Positions 1 to 4,666 of a DNA stretch of 4,666 nucleotides are shown here, piece after piece. The stretch lies in IMG/VR virus record IMGVR_UViG_2695420514_000004. One strand, 5' to 3'. This DNA is from a virus. Its lineage: Duplodnaviria > Heunggongvirae > Uroviricota > Caudoviricetes. The first letter of the stretch is position 1; every line of letters starts with the position of its first letter. Both the position numbers and the translations under genes were made by a program. The notes beneath the pieces were generated by a model. It made no database searches. It saw only the letters and a program-made list of their open reading frames with translations, and had not been told where the DNA came from.

Positions 1-105
1 TTAGAGCTTATACAGGCATTCGGTACAGAGCGTGGCGTTAAGTGGTCAGACGAAGCGCGACTGGCTCTGGAGTGGAAAGCGCGATGGGGAGATCGGGCTG
101 CATGA
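1..105 (+). CDS. 3' end of an upstream gene of unknown identity (partial; 34 codons plus stop, open from window edge)
   Basis: Frame +1 is open from base 1 to TGA at 103-105 (…[25 protein letters not shown]). Its stop overlaps the ATG at 102-104 of the next gene (ATGA), the same coupling seen at the other junctions in this operon. Identity not recognised; position suggests the last replication or early nin gene. Confidence 0.4.
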   Translation, partial: LELIQAFGTERGVKWSDEARLALEWKARWGDRAA

Positions 106-629
106 CTATCAAATCAAATACGCCAGCACACGACAAGGACTGCTGGCAAACGCCGCTTTGGCTTTTTGATGCACTGGATATTGAGTTTGGATTCTGGCTG
201 GATTCGGCAGCGAGCGACAAAAATGCTCTGTGCGCTCACTGGCTAACTGAGGCCGACGACGCGCTCAATTCTGAGTGGGTAAGCCACGGTGCAATCTGGA
301 ATAACTCACCGTACAGCAATATCAGGCCGTGGGTGGAAAAAGCCGCTGAGCAGTGCATACAACAACGACAGACGGTAGTGATGCTTGTGCCAGAGGATAT
401 GTCTGTCGGATGGTTCAGCAAGGCTCTGGAGAGTGTTGACGAAGTTCGTATTATCACTGATGGACGGATTAATTTTATCGAACCATCGACGGGGTTGGAG
501 AAGAAGGGAAACAGCAAAGGCTCAATGCTGCTGATTTGGCGACCGTTCATCAGTCCTCGACGAATGTTTACTACCGTATCCAAAGCGGCATTGATGGCGA
601 TCGGGCAGGGCGTCAGGAGGGCAGCATGA
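102..629 (+). CDS. Phage Dam-family DNA N6-adenine methyltransferase (orphan, no cognate restriction gene visible)
   Basis: ORF-track ORF 42..629. Translation has the N-terminal [28 protein letters not shown] signature I recognise from the phage Dam family, and an N-S-P-Y motif (nt 303-314) at the position of the catalytic (D/N/S)PP(Y/F) motif IV. Preferred start is ATG 102 (GGGGAG at 87-92, ATGA overlap with the upstream stop); in-frame alternatives are ATG 84 and GTG 42. Confidence 0.85.
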   Translation: MTIKSNTPAHDKDCWQTPLWLFDALDIEFGFWLDSAASDKNALCAHWLTEADDALNSEWVSHGAIWNNSPYSNIRPWVEKAAEQCIQQRQTVVMLVPEDMSVGWFSKALESVDEVRIITDGRINFIEPSTGLEKKGNSKGSMLLIWRPFISPRRMFTTVSKAALMAIGQGVRRAA

Positions 630-808
630 GACGACAGCGACGAAGTATCACCGACATCATCTGCGAAAACTGCAAATACCTTCCAACGAAACGCTCCAGA
701 AATAAACCCAAGCCAATCCCAAAAGAATCTGACGTAAAAACCTTCAACTACACGGCTCACCTGTGGGATATCCGGTGGCTTAGAGAACGTGCGAGGAAAA
801 CAAGGTGA
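626..808 (+). CDS. ninE: NinE-like small protein (60 aa)
   Basis: [60 protein letters not shown]; matches my recollection of lambdoid NinE in size and sequence. ATG 626 follows GGAGG (614-618) and overlaps the methyltransferase stop (ATGA). The ORF-track ORF 536..808 is an upstream-extended version of this frame. Confidence 0.75.
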   Translation: MRRQRRSITDIICENCKYLPTKRSRNKPKPIPKESDVKTFNYTAHLWDIRWLRERARKTR

Positions 809-975
809 TTGACCCAAATCGAAGTTACGAACAAGAAAGCGTCGAGCGGGCTTTAACGTGCGCTAATTGCGGTCAAAAGCTGCATTTTCTGGAAGTTCAC
901 GTGTGCTCCGATTGCTGCGCAGAGCTGATGAGCGATCCGAATAGCTCAATGTACGAGGAAGAAGACGATGAATGA
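805..975 (+). CDS. ninF: NinF-like small Cys-rich protein (56 aa, GTG start); absent from supplied ORF track
   Basis: Manual translation from GTG 805 (overlaps the ninE stop as GTGA): [56 protein letters not shown], stop TGA 973-975. It resembles lambda NinF as I remember it, including the CxxC…CxxCC pattern and acidic tail. It fills the only apparent gap between ninE and the next gene. Confidence 0.6.
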   Translation: MIDPNRSYEQESVERALTCANCGQKLHFLEVHVCSDCCAELMSDPNSSMYEEEDDE

Positions 976-1690
976 GTTAATAAATGGCAATGCCATCAAA
1001 ATGACAAGCATTGAAATCGCTGAGTTGGTTGGTAAGCGTCATGACAATGTGAAACGTACCATCGAAACGCTGGCTAAAAATGGTGTTATTCGGCTTCCTC
1101 AAATTGAGGATTGTGGAAGAATCAATGGGTTAGGCTTAAATCAAAGTTTTTGTGTGTATGTATTCGAAGGCGAACAAGGAAAGCGAGACAGTATTGTCGT
1201 TGTAGCCCAGTTGTCGCCAGAGTTCACGGCTCGCCTTGTTGACCGCTGGCGAGAGCTTGAAGAATCTGCGGTTAATATCCCCAAAACGCTACCAGAAGCG
1301 TTGCGCCTTGCTGCTGATCTTGCTGAGCAGAAAATGCAACTGGAAAACCAGCTCGCAATTGCCGCACCTAAAGTTGAGTTTGCCGATCGCGTTGGCGAGG
1401 CCAGTGGAATTTTGATTGGAAACTTTGCAAAGGTTGTTGGAATTGGTCCAAACAAACTGTTTGCGTGGATGCGCGATCACAAAATCCTTATTGCTTCAGG
1501 TTCCCGGCGCAATGTGCCAATGCAGGAATATATGGATCGCGGCTATTTCACAGTGAAAGAAACAGCGGTCAACACAAATCACGGAATACAGATATCGTTC
1601 ACCACAAAAATCACCGGGCGTGGTCAACAGTGGCTGACCAGAAAGCTGCTCGATAACGGAATGCTGAAAGTAACAGGGGAGGCTGCTTAA
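968..1690 (+). CDS. Phage antirepressor / regulatory protein, Rha-like N-terminal region with KilAC-type C-terminal domain
   Basis: 240-aa ORF. The N-terminal region (…TSIEIAELVGKRHDNVKRTIETL…) resembles the Rha family and the C-terminal half resembles the KilAC/ANT antirepressor domain. ATG 968 follows GAGGA (955-959) and overlaps the NinF end by 8 nt; the internal ATG at 1001 has no Shine-Dalgarno sequence. Confidence 0.8.
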   Translation: MNELINGNAIKMTSIEIAELVGKRHDNVKRTIETLAKNGVIRLPQIEDCGRINGLGLNQSFCVYVFEGEQGKRDSIVVVAQLSPEFTARLVDRWRELEESAVNIPKTLPEALRLAADLAEQKMQLENQLAIAAPKVEFADRVGEASGILIGNFAKVVGIGPNKLFAWMRDHKILIASGSRRNVPMQEYMDRGYFTVKETAVNTNHGIQISFTTKITGRGQQWLTRKLLDNGMLKVTGEAA

Positions 1691-1980
1691 TGGCTAACCT
1701 GCGCAAAGAAGCACGCGGCAGAGAATGTCAGGTACGTATTTACGGCGTATGCAATGGCAATCCTGAAACTACAGTTCTGGCACATTACCGGATGGCTGGA
1801 ATTTGCGGAACGGGAATGAAACCTGACGACCTGATCGGCGCATGGGCTTGTAGTGACTGCCACGCGGAGATCGACCGGCGCACCCATAACCTCGACAACA
1901 AAGACGCCAGACTTTACCACCTCGAAGGCGTGATCAGGACGCAGGCGATACTGCTGAAGGAGGGGAAGATTAAGCCATGA
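1690..1980 (+). CDS. ybcO: YbcO-like DUF1364 protein (putative metal-dependent nuclease), 96 aa
   Basis: MANLRKEARGRECQVRIYGVCNGNPETTVLAH…CSDCHAEIDRRTH… closely resembles E. coli DLP12 YbcO (96 aa) as I recall it, including the conserved Cys/His cluster. The start ATG overlaps the preceding TAA (TAATG). It sits directly upstream of rusA, as in DLP12. Confidence 0.85.
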   Translation: MANLRKEARGRECQVRIYGVCNGNPETTVLAHYRMAGICGTGMKPDDLIGAWACSDCHAEIDRRTHNLDNKDARLYHLEGVIRTQAILLKEGKIKP

Positions 1981-2339
1981 ACGAATATCAGTTTGTGCTT
2001 CCATACCCGCCGTCGCTGAACACCTACTGGCGAAGAAGGGGAAGCCAATACTACATCAGCGATAAAGGCCAGAAATACCGAAAAGACGTTCAGCAAATCA
2101 TCCGCCAACTCAAGTTAGATATTTTCACCAAATCACGGCTCCGTATCAAAGTCATCGCAGACGTTCCAGACTCCCGCCGCCGCGACCTCGACAACATACT
2201 GAAAGGTTTACTCGACTCCCTTATCCACGCCGGATTTGCGGAAGACGACGAGCAATTCGATGACATTCGCGTAATTCGTGGTGTGAAAGTACCAGGCGGA
2301 CGGCTTGGAATAAAAATCACCGAACTGGAGAACGCATGA
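1977..2339 (+). CDS. rusA: Crossover junction endodeoxyribonuclease RusA (Holliday junction resolvase), 120 aa
   Basis: MNEYQFVLPYPPSLNTYWRR…PDSRRRDLDNILKGLLDSL…VPGGRLGIKITELENA aligns by eye with E. coli RusA (120 aa), including the RRRDLDN catalytic acidic region. ATGA overlap with the ybcO stop. Confidence 0.9.
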   Translation: MNEYQFVLPYPPSLNTYWRRRGSQYYISDKGQKYRKDVQQIIRQLKLDIFTKSRLRIKVIADVPDSRRRDLDNILKGLLDSLIHAGFAEDDEQFDDIRVIRGVKVPGGRLGIKITELENA

Positions 2340-2524
2340 ACGCCACAATTCAAACGATACCAGAGCTGCTTATCCAGACACGAGGAAATCAGACCGAAGT
2401 GGCGAGGATGCTTTCCTGCGCAAGAGGAACAGTGCTCAAGTACAACCGAGACAGCAAAGGCGAGCGTCACGTAATAGTTAACGGCGTCCTGATGGTCAAA
2501 CAGGGCAAGAGGGGAAGACGATGA
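2336..2524 (+). CDS. ninH: NinH-like small DNA-binding protein (62 aa)
   Basis: …TIPELLIQTRGNQTEVARMLSCARGTVLKYNRDSKGERHVIVNGVLMV… shares the TIP-ML…GNQTEVAR-L-C-RGTV-KY…H-IVN-VLMV core I remember from lambda NinH, but is clearly diverged from it. ATGA overlaps at both ends (with rusA and Q). Confidence 0.8.
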   Translation: MNATIQTIPELLIQTRGNQTEVARMLSCARGTVLKYNRDSKGERHVIVNGVLMVKQGKRGRR

Positions 2525-3144
2525 GACTCGAAAGCGTAGCTAAATTTCATTCGCCAAAAAGCCCGATGATGAGCGACTCACCACGGACTACGGCTTCTGA
2601 CTCTCTTTCCGGTACTGATGTGATGGCTGCTATGGGGATGGCGCAATCACAAGCCGGATTCGGTATGGCTGCATTCTGCGGTAAGCACGAACTCAGCCAG
2701 AACGACAAACAAAAGGCTATCAACTATCTGATGCAATTTGCACACAAGGTATCGGGGAAATACCGTGGTGTGGCAAAGCTTGAAGGAAATACTAAGGGAA
2801 AGGTACTGCAAGTTCTCGCAACATTCGCTTATGCGGATTATTGCCGTAGTGCCGCGACGCCGGGCGCAAGATGCAGAGATTGCCACGGTACAGGCCGTGC
2901 GGTTGATATAGCAAAAACAGAGCAGTGGGGGAGAGTTGTTGAGAAAGAATGCGGAAGATGCAAAGGTGTCGGCTATTCAAGGATGCCAGCAAGCGCCGCA
3001 TATCGCGCTGTGACGATGCTAATCCCAAATCTTACCCAACCCACCTGGTCACGCACTGTTAAGCCGCTGTATGACGCTCTGGTGGTGCAATGCCACAAGG
3101 AAGAGTCAATCGCAGACAATATCTTGAATGCGGTCACACGTTAG
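2521..3144 (+). CDS. Q: Late gene antiterminator Q (lambda-type), 207 aa
   Basis: 207-aa ORF, MRLESVAKFHSPKSPMMSDSPR…CRDCHGTGRAVD…CGRCKG…; matches lambda Q in length and sequence as far as I can recall, including the Cys4 zinc-binding motif. It is followed by a lambda-type pR'/qut region. Stop TAG 3142-3144. Confidence 0.93.
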   Translation: MRLESVAKFHSPKSPMMSDSPRTTASDSLSGTDVMAAMGMAQSQAGFGMAAFCGKHELSQNDKQKAINYLMQFAHKVSGKYRGVAKLEGNTKGKVLQVLATFAYADYCRSAATPGARCRDCHGTGRAVDIAKTEQWGRVVEKECGRCKGVGYSRMPASAAYRAVTMLIPNLTQPTWSRTVKPLYDALVVQCHKEESIADNILNAVTR

Positions 3145-3186
3145 CAGCATGATTGCCACGGATGGCAACATATTAACGGCATGATA

Positions 3187-3240
3187 TTGACTTTTTGAAT
3201 AAAGTTGGGTAAATTTGACCCAACGATGGGTTAATTCGCT
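3187..3240 (+). promoter_or_regulatory. Late promoter pR' with overlapping qut (Q utilisation) site and promoter-proximal pause element
   Basis: -35 TTGACT (3187-3192), 17-bp spacer, -10 TAAATT (3210-3215), predicted +1 near A3222. A -10-like AACGAT lies at +1 to +6 (3222-3227), the arrangement that gives the sigma70-dependent +16/+17 pause needed for Q loading in lambda. The region matches lambda pR' as I recall it. Confidence 0.75.
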
Positions 3241-3415
3241 CGTTGTGGTAGTGAGATAAAAAGAGGCGGCGCTTACTACCGATTCCGCCTAGTTGGTCAC
3301 TTCGACGTATCGTCTGGAACTCCAACCATCGCAGGCTGAGAGGTCTGCAAAATGCAATCCCGAAACAGTTCGCAGGTAATAGTTAGAGCCTGCATAACGG
3401 TTTCGGGATTTTTTA
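3222..3415 (+). ncRNA. Short constitutive late leader transcript (lambda 6S RNA equivalent), about 194 nt from pR' +1 to tR'
   Basis: The distance from the predicted +1 (3222) to the end of the tR' U-tract (3415) is 194 nt, matching the known length of lambda 6S RNA. No ORF with a ribosome-binding site in this span. Confidence 0.55.
3359..3415 (+). terminator. Rho-independent terminator tR'
   Basis: GC-rich dyad CCCGAAAC (3359-3366) / GTTTCGGG (3400-3407), with an internal GCAGG/CCTGC pair, immediately followed by a run of six T (3409-3414). This is the classic intrinsic terminator structure and matches the lambda tR' sequence as I recall it. Confidence 0.8.
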
Positions 3416-3792
3416 TATCTGTGCAACAGGTAAGAGCATTCTCCCTTATGGGGCTTGGCTTAAATGCACCGAGTGCTCTTATCGTTGTGCTGAATTAAGC
3501 GAATGCCGGAAGCAGAACCGGATCACCAAATGCGTACAGGCGTCATCGCCGCCCAGCAACAGCACAACCTAAACTGAGCCGTAGCCACTGGCTATCCTGA
3601 ATTCATCAGTGATAGTTACGCTGCGGCCTTCTACACATGACCTTCGTGAAAGCGGGTGGCAGGAGGTTGCGCTAACAACCTCATGCCGTTTTGCCCGTGC
3701 ATATCGGTCACGAACAAATCTGATTACTAAACACAGTAGCCTGGATTTGTTCTATCAGTAACCGACCTTATTCCTAATTAAATAGAGCAAAT

Positions 3793-3821
3793 CCCCTTAT
3801 TGGGGGTAAGACATGAAGATG
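3793..3821 (+). promoter_or_regulatory. Holin translation-initiation control region (sdi-type hairpin sequestering the Shine-Dalgarno sequence, plus Met1-Lys2-Met3 dual start)
   Basis: Inverted repeat CCCC-TTAT-TGGGGG (3793-3806) contains the G-rich Shine-Dalgarno sequence directly upstream of ATG-AAG-ATG (3813-3821). In lambda S this structure sets the ratio of S107 antiholin to S105 holin. Confidence 0.55.
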
Positions 3822-4136
3822 CCAGAAAAACATGACCTGTTAGCCGCCATTCTCGCGGCAAAGGAACAAGGCATCGGGGCAATCCTTGCGTTTGCAATGG
3901 CGTACCTTCGCGGCAGATATAATGGCGGTGCGTTTACAAAAACAGTAATCGACGCAACGATGTGCGCCATTATCGCCTGGTTCATTCGTGACCTTCTCGA
4001 CTTCGCCGGACTAAGTAGCAATCTCGCTTATATAACGAGCGTGTTCATCGGCTACATCGGTACTGACTCGATTGGTTCGCTTATCAAACGCTTCGCTGCT
4101 AAAAAAGCCGGAGTAGAAGATGGTGGAAATCAATAA
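3813..4136 (+). CDS. S: Class I holin S (S107 antiholin from ATG 3813, S105 holin from ATG 3819)
   Basis: 107-aa [37 protein letters not shown]…; near-identical to lambda S as I recall it, with three hydrophobic segments and a charged C-terminal tail. Stop TAA 4134-4136. Confidence 0.95.
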   Translation: MKMPEKHDLLAAILAAKEQGIGAILAFAMAYLRGRYNGGAFTKTVIDATMCAIIAWFIRDLLDFAGLSSNLAYITSVFIGYIGTDSIGSLIKRFAAKKAGVEDGGNQ

Positions 4137-4596
4137 TCAACGTAAGGCGTTCCTCGATATGCTGGCGTGGTCAGAGGGGACTGATAACGGACGTCAGAAA
4201 ACCAGAAATCATGGTTATGACGTCATTGTAGGCGGAGAGCTATTCACTGATTACTCAGATCACCCTCGCAAACTTGTCACGCTAAACCCCAAACTCAAAT
4301 CAACAGCTGCAGGCCGTTACCAGCTTCTTTCCCGTTGGTGGGATGCCTATCGTAAGCAGCTTGGCCTGAAAGATTTCTCTCCGAAAAGCCAGGACGCTGT
4401 GGCACTGCAACAGATTAAAGAGCGTGGCGCTTTACCGATGATTGATCGCGGTGATATCCGTCAGGCTATCGACCGTTGCAGCAATATCTGGGCTTCACTG
4501 CCGGGCGCTGGTTATGGTCAGTTCGAGCATAAGGCTGACAACCTGATTGCAAAATTCAAAGAAGCAGGCGGAACGGTCAGAGAGATTGAGGTATGA
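4120..4596 (+). CDS. R: Endolysin R (lambda-type lytic transglycosylase), 158 aa
   Basis: 158-aa [42 protein letters not shown]…; matches lambda R in length and sequence as recalled, including the catalytic Glu in the AWSEGT motif. GGAG at 4107-4110; overlaps the S 3' end by 17 nt. Confidence 0.95.
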   Translation: MVEINNQRKAFLDMLAWSEGTDNGRQKTRNHGYDVIVGGELFTDYSDHPRKLVTLNPKLKSTAAGRYQLLSRWWDAYRKQLGLKDFSPKSQDAVALQQIKERGALPMIDRGDIRQAIDRCSNIWASLPGAGYGQFEHKADNLIAKFKEAGGTVREIEV

Positions 4597-4666
4597 GCAG
4601 AGTAACCGCGATTATCTCCGCTTTGGTTATTTGCATCATCGTCTGCCTGTCATGGGCGGTTAATCA
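4593..4666 (+). CDS. Rz: Spanin inner-membrane subunit Rz (5' partial, runs off the window end)
   Basis: ATG 4593 overlaps the R stop (ATGA). Translation [24 protein letters not shown]… is the N-terminal transmembrane segment of lambda Rz as recalled. Truncated by the window. Confidence 0.85.
   Translation, partial: MSRVTAIISALVICIIVCLSWAVN

Noticed and set aside
42-101. GTG 42 as the methyltransferase start, as given by the ORF track
   Set aside because: The upstream frame +1 ORF is open through 105 and ends in an ATGA overlap with ATG 102, which has a good GGGGAG Shine-Dalgarno sequence. The GTG-42 extension would overlap the upstream gene by 60 nt and adds residues with no family signature.
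536-625. Upstream extension of the ninE frame (ORF-track ORF 536..808, 90 aa)
   Set aside because: The extension is an alternate-frame read through the methyltransferase 3' end. ATG 626, with GGAGG and an ATGA overlap, gives the expected 60-aa NinE.
236-817. 193-aa ORF on the minus strand, antisense to the methyltransferase and ninE
   Set aside because: It lies entirely within well-supported, homology-recognisable sense genes in a tightly coupled + strand operon. It has no plausible promoter or ribosome-binding context and the protein is low-complexity and unrecognisable. Most likely a shadow ORF.
1141-1656. Minus-strand ORFs 1141..1455 and 1289..1480, and + strand alternate-frame ORF 1465..1656, inside the antirepressor gene
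   Set aside because: All are embedded in a homology-supported CDS with no independent start signals and have compositionally odd translations. Treated as chance ORFs.
1687-2470. Minus-strand ORFs 1687..2004, 1914..2108 and 2090..2470, antisense to ybcO, rusA and ninH
   Set aside because: Antisense to recognisable conserved genes, with no ribosome-binding sites and no recognisable domains.
2647-3028. Minus-strand ORFs 2647..2886 and 2792..3028 inside Q
   Set aside because: Antisense to the Q coding sequence, which is lambda-like as far as I can tell. Not supported as genes.
3145-3812. Searched the 668-bp Q-S interval for tRNA genes, toxin morons (as in Stx phages) or small ORFs
   Set aside because: No cloverleaf-like tRNA structure was evident and no ORF has a credible Shine-Dalgarno sequence (the longest candidates, 16 and 24 codons, lack one). 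The interval matches the length and landmarks of the lambda pR'/6S/tR'/late-leader region, so it is regulatory, not an insertion.
3797-4021. 74-aa minus-strand ORF antisense to the 5' half of S
   Set aside because: S is unambiguous on the + strand. The antisense ORF has no start context and would run into the late-leader hairpins.
1-4666. CRISPR arrays, insertion-sequence inverted repeats, att sites or integrase
   Set aside because: No regularly spaced direct repeats, no terminal inverted repeats flanking a transposase-like ORF, and no recombinase gene are present in the window.

Overview
This window reads as one co-directional (+ strand) block of a lambdoid phage or prophage, running from the nin region through the late-gene control region into the lysis cassette. 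I do not see a convincing previously undescribed system; everything is explained by known lambdoid modules, and all family and lambda comparisons below are from memory and need alignment to confirm. Gene order: a 3' fragment of an unidentified upstream gene, a phage Dam-family N6-adenine methyltransferase, NinE, a small NinF-like ORF missing from the supplied ORF track, a Rha/KilAC antirepressor, a YbcO-like DUF1364 protein, the RusA Holliday-junction resolvase, NinH, and the antiterminator Q. These are followed by a 668-bp non-coding stretch with a lambda-type late promoter pR' and qut site, the short 6S late leader RNA and the tR' terminator, then holin S (dual start), endolysin R and the start of spanin Rz. 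The genes from the methyltransferase to Q are packed with overlapping stop/start codons. The points most worth a second look are the accessory content of the nin region (orphan methyltransferase with an N-S-P-Y motif, the antirepressor, the YbcO/RusA pair replacing lambda's NinG position), the apparent mosaic junction near the ninH/Q boundary, and a terminator-like hairpin in the late leader.
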